A DNA stretch of 40,246 nt, from positions 1 to 40,246 of the forward strand of contig JAZJZK010000055.1 of NCBI GenBank assembly GCA_040389905.1, given 5' to 3'. The position numbers and the translations under genes were made by a program. The stretch is from Gemmatimonadota bacterium (GTDB lineage: Bacteria > Gemmatimonadota > Gemmatimonadetes > Gemmatimonadales > Gemmatimonadaceae). The notes beneath the pieces were generated by a model. It saw only the letters and a list, made by a program, of their open reading frames with translations, did no database searches and was not told the DNA's origin. Positions within the stretch are counted from its first letter, which is position 1. Each line of letters starts with the position of its first letter. Of this stretch, positions 9,216 through 17,904 are shown in pieces.

Positions 9216-10097
9216 TCAGCGCACCCTGGCCGCAAGGAACGCGAGCACATCCTGCTTCCAGATGTGCATTCCCTTCGCGCCGCCGAAACAATGCGGCCGA
9301 AATGCGTCCGGTATGTCCGCAGGATAGATCTTTCCTTGGTAGGCTTTGCCCAGACGATGGAACTCCGCGCCCAGCACGCGACTTGGCTCGAGGCTCGCGT
9401 CTTCCGGCGGCTGAAGCAGGAACACTGGGATGTTGATTCCTCGAACGGCTTTCACGAGACGATCCTGAAGCAGTGCATTGCCATTCCAGCTCAGCGCTGC
9501 CGGCGAGATGGACACCGCTGCCGTGTAGCCCACGCCGCGTTCTGCGCCGAGGAGTGTCTGGATCCCACCGTACGAACAGCCGGCGACCACGAGTCGTGTC
9601 GTGTCGACATAGGCCAGGCTCTTGAGATATCTCAGGCCGGCAAGCTGATCGTCGAGCTGTTCGGATTCGAGCAGGTGCACCACCAGGCGATTCGCGGCGC
9701 CGGCGCCGCGTGCCGCGCGTTCGCGGTCCGTATCATCCACGACATACGCGCCTTGGGAGGTCCCATGCCCACGACGCACGGGCGCGAAGACGACGTACCC
9801 TGCCGGCACGAAGATCGCCGCGACCGAATCGAACTGCGGCCCGCCGCCGGGATTCTTCTCACTGCCATGATTCCAGATGAGCGCCTTGAACGGTCCGGCG
9901 CCGGCGGGCCTGAACAGGTAGCCAGATAGTGTGAGGTCGCCGCTCTTGAACGTGACGAGCTGCTTCCAGATGGCCGATGACGCCGCTGCAGTGGCCGCGT
10001 TCTGTGCGCTCCCCCGCACCGGCGTTGCAACGCTTGCGAGCGCGGCAACGCAGAACAGGCCAGCGATTGAGCGAACGGTGTTATGAATGTTCGGCAT
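9216..10097 (-). CDS. Exported alpha/beta hydrolase (dienelactone hydrolase/S9-like)
   Basis: Start reassigned to MPNIHN (signal peptide follows); WNHGS, RRGHG, nucleophile GCSYGG, ED acid, PHCFGG. Confidence 0.85.
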   Translation of the reverse strand: MPNIHNTVRSIAGLFCVAALASVATPVRGSAQNAATAAASSAIWKQLVTFKSGDLTLSGYLFRPAGAGPFKALIWNHGSEKNPGGGPQFDSVAAIFVPAGYVVFAPVRRGHGTSQGAYVVDDTDRERAARGAGAANRLVVHLLESEQLDDQLAGLRYLKSLAYVDTTRLVVAGCSYGGIQTLLGAERGVGYTAAVSISPAALSWNGNALLQDRLVKAVRGINIPVFLLQPPEDASLEPSRVLGAEFHRLGKAYQGKIYPADIPDAFRPHCFGGAKGMHIWKQDVLAFLAARVR

Positions 10098-10155
10098 CGT
10101 ATCAATGGCAAAGGTGTCGCGAACCCGCAGATGATGACGCAAATCCCAGACGACT

Positions 10156-10734
10156 TCAACGATCGAGGGCGGACTCGAGCGCCGCTCGCACGGCGCTCGG
10201 ATCGCCGTGGACGCCTCCCACCTGCTGCCACGCCAATTGACCGCCCTTGGTGATGACGAGCGTCGTCGGTACACCGTTAACGCCGAAGCGCCGTTGAAAC
10301 TCTCCAGCCTGATCGTGGACGACCGGAAATGTCAGGCGCTCGCGCTCCACGAATCGTCGTACCAGTGTTTCGCTCCCAGCGTCGACGCTCACCGCGACGA
10401 CTCGCACGCCACGCGGGGTGAATTCTCGATGAATCGCTTCGAGATCCTGCATCTCCTCTCGGCATGACGTGCACCAGGTTGCCCACACGTTGACGAGTGT
10501 CACGGAGTCGATCGCCGTGCCAACGCGTAAAGGTTGGCCCGCGAGCGACGTGCCCACAAACTTCGGCACAGGCTGGCCGAGCGCTAGAACGACAGGCGGC
10601 GCCAACGCAGGAGAAGCCGACTCCGTTCCAGCTGCCGACGCCGTCTTCTGCGCGTCGCCACGGCAGGCGGCCAATCCCCCAAGGATCGCGATCGCCGCCG
10701 CCGCGTGCACCATCGTGCGATGACGCAGCATCAT
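10156..10734 (-). CDS. TlpA-family thiol-disulfide oxidoreductase lipoprotein
   Basis: Lipobox LAAC; NVWATWCTSCREE; GVPTT cis-Pro loop. Confidence 0.92.
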   Translation of the reverse strand: MMLRHRTMVHAAAAIAILGGLAACRGDAQKTASAAGTESASPALAPPVVLALGQPVPKFVGTSLAGQPLRVGTAIDSVTLVNVWATWCTSCREEMQDLEAIHREFTPRGVRVVAVSVDAGSETLVRRFVERERLTFPVVHDQAGEFQRRFGVNGVPTTLVITKGGQLAWQQVGGVHGDPSAVRAALESALDR

Positions 10735-11657
10735 CGCCGAACCTTTACCGCCCGCTCACCTGCGAGAACCTTGCTCCGAATACGATTCTCCGGCGGCGGC
10801 AGCGGGCAGGTCGTGAACGGACTGAACGCGCAATCCGGGTTGTACGCGAAGTTGAAATCCATGGTCACGACGTTCGTCACGGTATCTCGCAGTGCCTGGA
10901 GGAAGCGAAATCCGTAGCTTTCTTCGCCGCTCGATGCGTCGGCAAACGTGATGAACAGTCGCGCACCGCCGCTCTTGAACGCCGTGAGCGCGTAGTCCAC
11001 TCCCCCGATCGTCGTGCGGACCGAGCCCACGATCTCGTGCTCTTCGGGGACGCCCGATTCGGTCATCACGGCCACCTTGCGTGCGGGCACGAGGGGAACG
11101 AAGCGTCCGGAAACCCGCCATTGCGGGTCGTGCGGAAAATACGGAATGCCGCTGAATGACTTGAGCGCGGGAAGCGCGGCGTCCCACGCGCGTACGCCAA
11201 TCGAGTCCACGCGTTTCACGATTCGAAAGCCGGCGCTACCCACCAACACTCGGCTCGGCCGCTCCTCGGCATCTGTTCTCAGCGTACCCGCCACGGCGCG
11301 AGCGCTGTCGATCGTGGCAGAAGTTCCGTCTGCGGGCTCGAAGCGTACCGTCGCACCCTCCCGAACCAACGCGCCGAGCGCGAGCGGCACACCACGACCT
11401 CGAAGGACGACGTCGTTCAGGGGGCCGGACCCAATCGTGTTGCGGCCTGGCCGCAACCAGGTGAGGCCAGTGTACGAGAGCGGCCGACCGGGTTCGACGA
11501 CCGTGCGCGCTCGATTCGCGCGCCAGTTCTCGAGTTCCGCACGATATGGTGCGACTTCCGCTGCAGGCGCGGGTTCCTGCGCGTTCGCGGCGAACGCCAA
11601 GGCCGCGAGCGAGAACACGATGGAGCGGTGATACGAGGAGCGTCGAAACTGTGACAT
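10731..11657 (-). CDS. DUF1684 family exported protein
   Basis: Signal peptide; GLTWL, LFITFADASSGEESYG-FRFL, DFNFAYNPDCAFSPFTTCPLPPPEN...AGE. Confidence 0.88.
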   Translation of the reverse strand: MSQFRRSSYHRSIVFSLAALAFAANAQEPAPAAEVAPYRAELENWRANRARTVVEPGRPLSYTGLTWLRPGRNTIGSGPLNDVVLRGRGVPLALGALVREGATVRFEPADGTSATIDSARAVAGTLRTDAEERPSRVLVGSAGFRIVKRVDSIGVRAWDAALPALKSFSGIPYFPHDPQWRVSGRFVPLVPARKVAVMTESGVPEEHEIVGSVRTTIGGVDYALTAFKSGGARLFITFADASSGEESYGFRFLQALRDTVTNVVTMDFNFAYNPDCAFSPFTTCPLPPPENRIRSKVLAGERAVKVRR

Positions 11658-11681
11658 GATTCTAGTGGTGGAAGGCGGTAC

Positions 11682-11718
11682 AAAACAAAAAGCCGGCGCC
11701 TCTGGGAAGAGGGCCGGC
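11682..11718 (-). terminator. Intrinsic terminator in the leader of the DUF1684 operon (attenuator)
   Basis: Minus strand GCCGGC-CCTCT-TCCC-AGAGG-C-GCCGGC followed by TTTTTGTTTT, ending 24 nt before the DUF1684 ATG. Confidence 0.85.
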
Positions 11719-11747
11719 AGGGACGACTGGGCGCGACGGCGCTTAGG

Positions 11748-11846
11748 TCATTCGTTCGCGAGCATACGCGCAAACACTGCCAGCTCTCTCCGGAGGGAGA
11801 CAGCGCGACAGCGACAGGCGAGGACGTTCGTGAAACCGTTTGACAT
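11748..11846 (-). CDS. Putative Cys-containing leader peptide (32 aa) MSNGFTNVLACRCRAVSLRRELAVFARMLANE
   Basis: Manual translation; TGT codons at 11816-11814 and 11810-11808; lies between a consensus promoter and a terminator. Confidence 0.7.
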   Translation of the reverse strand: MSNGFTNVLACRCRAVSLRRELAVFARMLANE

Positions 11847-11854
11847 CGTTCTTC

Positions 11855-11883
11855 ACGGTAACGTGTGAGAATTCCACTGTCAA
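11855..11883 (-). promoter_or_regulatory. Sigma70-type promoter for the leader peptide
   Basis: TTGACA (11883-11878), 17-bp spacer, TACCGT (11860-11855), 8 nt to the ATG at 11846. Confidence 0.75.
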
Positions 11884-11927
11884 CGCCGCCACGATGAGGA
11901 AGACAAAGACAGGGCGCGCATCAGTCG

Positions 11928-12233
11928 TTACGGGTGCGCCAACGTGCGCACGCCAAACGTCGGAATCGGCTCGTGGAACTCATCGTCGACATAACACCAG
12001 CCCCAGTTCTCACCCGGCTCGAAACTCCGAATGACCGGGTGTTTCGTCGCGTGAAAGTGTGCGGTGGCGTGACGGTTCGGGGAGTTGTCGCAGCACCCGA
12101 CATGTCCGCAGGTGAGGCACAGGCGTAGGTGCACCCATTGACCGTGCATCGCCAGACACTCTTCGCACCCTGTTGGAGTGCGCGGTTCCACTCCAAGAAT
12201 GCCATCGAAATGCGCGCAAAGACTCGTCGTCAT
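11928..12233 (-). CDS. UBP-type zinc finger protein
   Basis: CAH...GCEECL...WVHLRLCLTCGHVGCCDNSPNRHATAHF...SFEPGENWGWCYVD. Confidence 0.92.
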   Translation of the reverse strand: MTTSLCAHFDGILGVEPRTPTGCEECLAMHGQWVHLRLCLTCGHVGCCDNSPNRHATAHFHATKHPVIRSFEPGENWGWCYVDDEFHEPIPTFGVRTLAHP

Positions 12234-12247
12234 TGGAGCGGTTCCTC

Positions 12248-13189
12248 TCAGTTGTGTGGCCTACGTCCGCGTGATTCACGTCGCGATGAGCGTAACGCGG
12301 ATACGTCCCATTCACCGAACGCGGCTGCGGTCTCGTACGTGCTCTCCAGAAACTCAGTCACGAGCGCATCGGGATCCTCGGCCGAACGTACCGCTGCATA
12401 GGGGAGTATCCACTCGCGCAACTCCGAGTGGTACAACGCGGCGTGAGGTCGAATCGGCGCCGAGCTGCAACCGGGAGGTTCGGGGTAGGCATAGGCATAG
12501 AATGCCGGTTCGGCCACCGGTGACCCAGCAGTACCCGGCCAGAAGCCTGCACTGATGCACTCATGCGAATACGCTTCGTGCATGACGTAGGCGGGGCAGT
12601 TGGGAATACCTCCGGGATGCTTTGGCGCAGGCCGCCCTGAAAAGCGCGTACACGCCAGGTCGAACCCACCCCACCAGAAGTGCGACGGGCTGCTCTTGCC
12701 GGCAAAACCACCGCGGAAGCGCTTCAGCAATCGATCCGCGTGAACGAGTGCGCGCCACCATCGTCGCGCTGCGTCGCCGTCGTACGTCGCGTGCGCGTGG
12801 TCATCCGGGAACGGCGTTCCGTCGGCGATCTCGTTGGGTGTCGGCGATATCTGTACCTCGACCCCGAGCGTTGCCAGGAGCGCCAGGTATTCATCATAGA
12901 AGGCCGATACGGACTTGTCCTCGAGCCGAATGCTTCTGGAGCGACTCGTACTCGTTCGGGCCCACAACGCATCGTCGAGAAAATCGAAGTCGATCTCGAT
13001 GACGCCGTCGCGATACGGCATCGGGGAGGTCGTCAGGCCGCGCGCGGTGACGTAAAGAGTGCTGTGCCACCAGTGGTTCTGGAACGGCGCAAGCCCGAGC
13101 CGCGTTTTTCCGACGATCTGCGTCCAGCGGTGCAGCGTCTCACAGGTCGGCAGCCATTCGTCGAGCGCGAGTTGCGGCCAGGAGTCCAT
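12248..13189 (-). CDS. DUF5996 family protein
   Basis: TLHRWTQIVGK, NHWWH...YVTARGLTT, FWWGGFDLACTRFSG, EAYSHE..SAGFWPG, FYAYAYPEP. Confidence 0.88.
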   Translation of the reverse strand: MDSWPQLALDEWLPTCETLHRWTQIVGKTRLGLAPFQNHWWHSTLYVTARGLTTSPMPYRDGVIEIDFDFLDDALWARTSTSRSRSIRLEDKSVSAFYDEYLALLATLGVEVQISPTPNEIADGTPFPDDHAHATYDGDAARRWWRALVHADRLLKRFRGGFAGKSSPSHFWWGGFDLACTRFSGRPAPKHPGGIPNCPAYVMHEAYSHECISAGFWPGTAGSPVAEPAFYAYAYPEPPGCSSAPIRPHAALYHSELREWILPYAAVRSAEDPDALVTEFLESTYETAAAFGEWDVSALRSSRRESRGRRPHN

Positions 13190-13369
13190 GGGTCGTCACC
13201 GTGCGGGAACCGCTGGAGCTTAGTGAGCGATGATCACAAATGCCAACAGCGGCACGGCATCCCTGGATGGGGTCGCCTCCTGCCCTCCCGCTTTCGGAAT
13301 TGCCGGGCTTACTTTGCTTGCCGCCGCGTGCGCGGACTCAACCACAGCGCGGGCTCCTTCCATCTACCA

Positions 13370-14557
13370 TTGAAATTCGTGGACGCTGCACCGACGACAT
13401 GGGGCACCTTCGGCACGCTGCAAATCGCTGGCGGCTATGGCTCAGCCCTCGTCGCGGACCCCATCGATCCAACGATGTTCTGGATCATGACGGATCGCGG
13501 TCCGAATACAACAACGCCCACCGCGAACCAGCTCATCTTCCCCATTCCGTCGTTCACGCCGACGCTCGGAAAATTCCAGATCGTTGGCGATTCGCTTCGG
13601 CGCGTGCTCACCATTCCTCTGCGGAATTCGGCTGGCGTTCCGCTTAGTGGTCGTCCGAATCCGGCAGGTCAGGGAGCAACCGGCGAATCGGGCGTCGACG
13701 CGAGCGGGGCGCCCATTGGAACGGACCCGGAGGGGCTCGACAGCGAAGGTCTCGCGATCGCGCCGGACGGCACCTTCTGGGTAGCCGATGAGTACGGACC
13801 GCACATCATCCATTTCGACGCGACAGGCAGAACGATCGAACGCATCAATCCATTCGGTACAGGCACGGGTGGGCGGCGCATGCCGCTGGTGTTCGCGCTA
13901 CGACGCGCGAATCGCGGCATGGAAGGACTCGCGATTACCCCCGACGGCAAGACGCTCGTGGGCGCGATGCAGAATCCCCTCGACAATCCGACGGCAGCGA
14001 TTGGGCGGCTGAGCAACGTCAATCGTCTGATCGCGTTCGACATCGCAACCGGGACGACGAAGACGTTTGTCTACGAAGTGGACGCCGTGGGCAACTTCGT
14101 CTGTGAGGTTCAGGCGCTCACCGCAACGACGTTCCTCGTAATCGAACGCGACGAATACTTCCAGGGCGGTGCGCCCGCCGCCCTCACCAAGCGGATCTAC
14201 AAGATCGACATCAGTGGCGCCACGGATGTGAGCGACCCGGCCAACACGGCGAACGGGAAAGTGTTCGGCACGAAGGTGCTCGAGGCGTTGACGCCCGCCG
14301 AGCGTGCGTCGAATGGCATCATTCCGGTCACGAAGACGTTGGTCTATGATCTGCTGACGCTGCCCGGTGGGTATCCGCATGACAAACTCGAAGGCGTGAC
14401 GGTCGTCGGCAAAGATCTGCTCGTGGTCTCGAACGACGACGACTTCGGCATCGTAGACGGCGGAGCGTCCAACTTCGTCGCGAAATTGCTACCGGCTACG
14501 GGCCTCCGCGACCGGCTCACCCTCTACTTCATCCGACTGCCGACAGCGCTGAAGTAG
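13370..14557 (+). CDS. Esterase-like activity of phytase family protein; N-terminal signal appears frameshifted
   Basis: TDRGPN, GLDSEGL, FWVADEYGP, NRGMEGLA, LVIERD, DKLEG, NDDDFG; true start uncertain (see findings). Confidence 0.8.
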   Translation: MKFVDAAPTTWGTFGTLQIAGGYGSALVADPIDPTMFWIMTDRGPNTTTPTANQLIFPIPSFTPTLGKFQIVGDSLRRVLTIPLRNSAGVPLSGRPNPAGQGATGESGVDASGAPIGTDPEGLDSEGLAIAPDGTFWVADEYGPHIIHFDATGRTIERINPFGTGTGGRRMPLVFALRRANRGMEGLAITPDGKTLVGAMQNPLDNPTAAIGRLSNVNRLIAFDIATGTTKTFVYEVDAVGNFVCEVQALTATTFLVIERDEYFQGGAPAALTKRIYKIDISGATDVSDPANTANGKVFGTKVLEALTPAERASNGIIPVTKTLVYDLLTLPGGYPHDKLEGVTVVGKDLLVVSNDDDFGIVDGGASNFVAKLLPATGLRDRLTLYFIRLPTALK

Positions 14558-14564
14558 GATGGAG

Positions 14565-15344
14565 CTACGGCTTGGTCGTTGGCGCCGTTTTTCCTTGACC
14601 TGGTGGCGTGGTCGGCGGGGTGTTTGGCTTCGTCGTCTTGCCGCCATTCGCTGGAACGCCAGAGGGCGGAGCGCCTGGTGCTTTCGTGATCGGACCCGTA
14701 CCCGTTGGGTTGTCCGGCTTTTTGATCTTCACGATCTCGCCACCGGTTTCCGCCGGCTTCTTGTCGGCCGCTGCCAACCCCTTCGCGCGAACCTCGTCAG
14801 GCAGTTTCTCGATCTCGACGTCTGAAGCGCGTTTGGTCAACCGCTCCTGCACTCGCCTGAGCGCCGAGTCCGACGGCAGCCCGCGATCGACGAGGCTGCC
14901 GATGACGTAGAGTGGAACGGCCAGGGAGCGACCGCTTGGCGTACTCTTCGCCAGCGCGCTCACCTTCGCGCCATCGACACCCTTTCGCACGGCTTCCGCG
15001 CCCGCCTCGATCTCGTCACCGGCGGGCTTTCGGCTCCGCGCGCTGAGGAGCGTTTCCCGAACCTCTTCCATGCGCGCGGCGTGCTCGGCAACGGCGCGCT
15101 CGATCGCGCTCGGGTTCACCCCACGCGCCGCGAACTTCAGCGCGCGGTTCTCGAGCGCATCCGCGGGAAGGTCACGCGAGCGTGCTTTCTCGATCACCGC
15201 CAACACGCGCGTTGCCACATCGGCCGGGAGCACTTCCCGAAGACGCGCCGCCGCATCGCTCGCGGGCACCTGTGCGAATGCGATGTGCGAGCCGAACAGC
15301 AGCGCCATGGCTGCAATGCTCGATCGGATGCCGGAAAAGCGCAT
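14565..15344 (-). CDS. Hypothetical exported helical protein with Pro/Lys/Gly-rich tail
   Basis: Start MRFSGIRSS with signal peptide; last gene of the ECF/CBM48 run. Confidence 0.75.
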   Translation of the reverse strand: MRFSGIRSSIAAMALLFGSHIAFAQVPASDAAARLREVLPADVATRVLAVIEKARSRDLPADALENRALKFAARGVNPSAIERAVAEHAARMEEVRETLLSARSRKPAGDEIEAGAEAVRKGVDGAKVSALAKSTPSGRSLAVPLYVIGSLVDRGLPSDSALRRVQERLTKRASDVEIEKLPDEVRAKGLAAADKKPAETGGEIVKIKKPDNPTGTGPITKAPGAPPSGVPANGGKTTKPNTPPTTPPGQGKTAPTTKP

Positions 15345-15412
15345 GACTATGCCCTCAGTTGTGCTGTGTGAGTGCCGCTCTGCTGAGATGACTGCCGTGA
15401 TCGTCGAGAAAG

Positions 15413-16579
15413 TCACTCGAACGTCAGGATACCACTGATTCCGCCGAATTCGTCGCGCGTCGTGACAAGCCCTGGGGGCGCGACCCACTTGCCGCCATTC
15501 ACGCGCACGTTCATTTCGTGAGTGCCCGCACCAATGGTGAGCGTCACGCTCCACCAGCCGTCGCCGCCGCGCGTGAGCTGCAACGGTCGCCAATGCGTGA
15601 AGTCGCCCGCGATCTCCACCGTCCGCGCATCCGGGGCACGAACGCGCAAGATGCGCTGCGTCCTATCCGCCGTCGCAACGTCGAAAGCAGTCACACCTTC
15701 GCGTCGGGCTTCGGCGTCTGACGCTCCGGTGATTGACGCATCGCTGATGTCGCCTGTCATGGCACCTCCACCGCGCACGGGGCGGACGCCAAGGCGCATC
15801 GCCACCGTCGCGAAGCGCCCACCGGGGTAGCCCTGCGTCAGGTCAACGGGGTATGCACCGGCGTTCATGACGACGGCGATGCGGTCGCTCAACCAGGAAA
15901 CGACATTGACGCTGCCCCAGACACGCGACGTTCCGCCGACTGCTGGCCCGACGGTTCCGCTACGCGTACCGAGGCTGGCGCCAAGCTCATAGGCGCGGAC
16001 CGGGTAGTGAAGTGCGGCTTGAAAGTCCGTGTATCGCAGCGTGTCGGCGACGGCCACCGGTGTGATCGTCGCGAGCGTCGTGACGCCACTACGCTCGAAC
16101 CACGCCCCGAGTTCGGCCTGTCGTACGCGCAGCCACAGCGATCCGTCGGTCGTCCGTCCCGCGCCGCCGCCGATCCAGGCGCCCGACGTTGCACGCATTG
16201 CGTAGAGTCTGGCGATAGCCAACGCTTGGCCGGTGCGCGTTCCATCTTCGTGCGTGCTCCCGCCAAAGGCGCCGGCAAGTTCCCCGGTGACTGCGCCATA
16301 GCTCGGTGTGAAGAGCGACGGTGAGAGTTGGGCTTGGGCACTCACACCGCCGCGTCCGAGTCGCGAGATGTCGGCAGAGGCGCCGACCGTCGCGCGCGAC
16401 CAGTCGAAGCGCAGTGTCGGGCTGATCGAGGCGCCACTCGACAGGATGCTATCGCTGTACCAGACGGAGACGCCAGAAAGATCGACGCTCGCCGCCGTCC
16501 GTTGTGCTTCGAGTGGCCTGATGGGCGCGGCCGTGACCGCGACAATGATCACAATCGCATCACGAGCGCGTCCGCGCAT
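15413..16579 (-). CDS. Exported protein with beta-strand-rich (possible barrel) region and C-terminal CBM48/glycogen-binding domain
   Basis: Signal peptide; VEIAGDFTHW...GWWSVTL...VNGGKWVAPPG...DEFGG. Confidence 0.82.
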   Translation of the reverse strand: MRGRARDAIVIIVAVTAAPIRPLEAQRTAASVDLSGVSVWYSDSILSSGASISPTLRFDWSRATVGASADISRLGRGGVSAQAQLSPSLFTPSYGAVTGELAGAFGGSTHEDGTRTGQALAIARLYAMRATSGAWIGGGAGRTTDGSLWLRVRQAELGAWFERSGVTTLATITPVAVADTLRYTDFQAALHYPVRAYELGASLGTRSGTVGPAVGGTSRVWGSVNVVSWLSDRIAVVMNAGAYPVDLTQGYPGGRFATVAMRLGVRPVRGGGAMTGDISDASITGASDAEARREGVTAFDVATADRTQRILRVRAPDARTVEIAGDFTHWRPLQLTRGGDGWWSVTLTIGAGTHEMNVRVNGGKWVAPPGLVTTRDEFGGISGILTFE

Positions 16580-17170
16580 CTACGAGCCAACTGTGACGAT
16601 GGAGCTTCTGGTGTCGAATTCGTCCGACGTCGTCGGCGCGGTCGGGTCGGGCACCCAACGCTTGCCGTCCACAATGAACGCGTATTCGTGACGGCCCTGC
16701 GGCACGCGCACGGACGCCGTCCACATGCCATCGAGACCGGAAGGAGTCAACGGAGTTTGCTCGGCCCCCCATCGATTGAAATCACCGACCAACGAGACAG
16801 TCTGTGCCCGACCAACGAACACGAAGCGAACGAGCGTGACGGTATCGGTCCTGGTTTGCGCAACCATCGTCACCGGCAGCGCGGTATCCGGCGTGGGCGC
16901 AGCGCTCACTGCGGCGACCGCCGTGACGGCGGCAAGCGACGCGGCGTATGCGAGACCAGCCAGCGGCGAGACGCGAAGCGTGCGTGGCGTGCGCCACCAT
17001 GCGGGACTCAGCACTGGTCCCCGCCTCACCAGCTTCGACCGGATCGGTCGCTCCGCGCGGATCGCGACCACAAGCGACTCCTCGAAGTCGTCGCCGAATT
17101 GTTCCTCTGTGCGCAGCACTTGGGCGACGCGATCGCCAAAGCGCTGATCGTCGCGCGCGTTGTCAGACAT
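16580..17170 (-). CDS. Putative anti-sigma factor with one TM helix and CBM48 (isoamylase early-set) domain
   Basis: ATG overlaps the sigma factor 3' end; hydrophobic helix then VSLVGDFNRW...GRHEYAFIVDGKRWVPDP...DEF. Confidence 0.82.
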   Translation of the reverse strand: MSDNARDDQRFGDRVAQVLRTEEQFGDDFEESLVVAIRAERPIRSKLVRRGPVLSPAWWRTPRTLRVSPLAGLAYAASLAAVTAVAAVSAAPTPDTALPVTMVAQTRTDTVTLVRFVFVGRAQTVSLVGDFNRWGAEQTPLTPSGLDGMWTASVRVPQGRHEYAFIVDGKRWVPDPTAPTTSDEFDTRSSIVTVGS

Positions 17171-17708
17171 CGTAGGCCTCCTCCAACAATTCCCTGAGCC
17201 GGGCACAGGCTCGTTTCACACGCATCTTGAGCGCCGATATGCCGTCGCCCGTGATCTCCGACATCTCTTCGTAGCTCAACTGTTCCACGTGCTTCATCAC
17301 AAAGGCTTCGCGCTGGTCGATATCGAGCTGGTCGAGCGCATACTGCACATCGTCGAGCGTGTCGTTCGCGTCCACAACGGCCGGCGTGGCCATCGCGCGC
17401 AACTGCAACTCGTCGCGCACGATGCGTCGCTCTCGGCGTGCGCGGCGAATCACGTAGCTTCGACACTCGTTGGCGACGATCTGATAGAGCCATGCACCGA
17501 ACTTCGACGGCTCGCGACACCGGTCAAGCGCCCGATACGCCCGCAGGAACGCCGACTGTAGTACATCCTCGGCGTCATCACGATTGCCGACCATGCGGAC
17601 CGCGAATCGCGTGACCACGCCGCGATACCGGCGGCTGAGTTCGGCGAACGCCTGTGCGTCACCAGCGGTCGCTGCGTTGACGAGCTCTGTGTCCGTTCGC
17701 TCACTCAC
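17163..17708 (-). CDS. ECF RNA polymerase sigma factor
   Basis: GDAQAF, DAEDVLQSAFLRAY, FGAWLYQIVANEC, LSYEEMSEI, ALKMRVKRA; start uncertain (GTG 17708 chosen). Confidence 0.9.
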   Translation of the reverse strand: MSERTDTELVNAATAGDAQAFAELSRRYRGVVTRFAVRMVGNRDDAEDVLQSAFLRAYRALDRCREPSKFGAWLYQIVANECRSYVIRRARRERRIVRDELQLRAMATPAVVDANDTLDDVQYALDQLDIDQREAFVMKHVEQLSYEEMSEITGDGISALKMRVKRACARLRELLEEAYDV

Positions 17709-17770
17709 GCTGAATTGACTGCCGGGTTCATCGTTCAGGTCACAACCTCGCAGTGAAGAACCGTGGTACA

Positions 17771-17795
17771 TGTGATGCTCGTCACACGTGTGACG
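17771..17795. promoter_or_regulatory. CRP-type site overlapping a perfect 16-bp palindrome
   Basis: TGTGA-tgctcg-TCACA (17771-17786); cgtcacacgtgtgacg (17780-17795). Confidence 0.6.
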
Positions 17796-17904
17796 CCCGG
17801 CAAAGTACCTGCAGTCAACGTGATGAAACAACCACTGGGCAAAGTGCGACGGTGCATGACAGCGACCCACTGCGCGACTCATCCGTAACAGCAGGAGACG
17901 CACC

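Noticed and set aside
12680..13369. N-terminal 230 aa of the 625-aa ORF
   Set aside because: Overlaps DUF5996 on the opposite strand; the recognisable esterase domain starts near 13370
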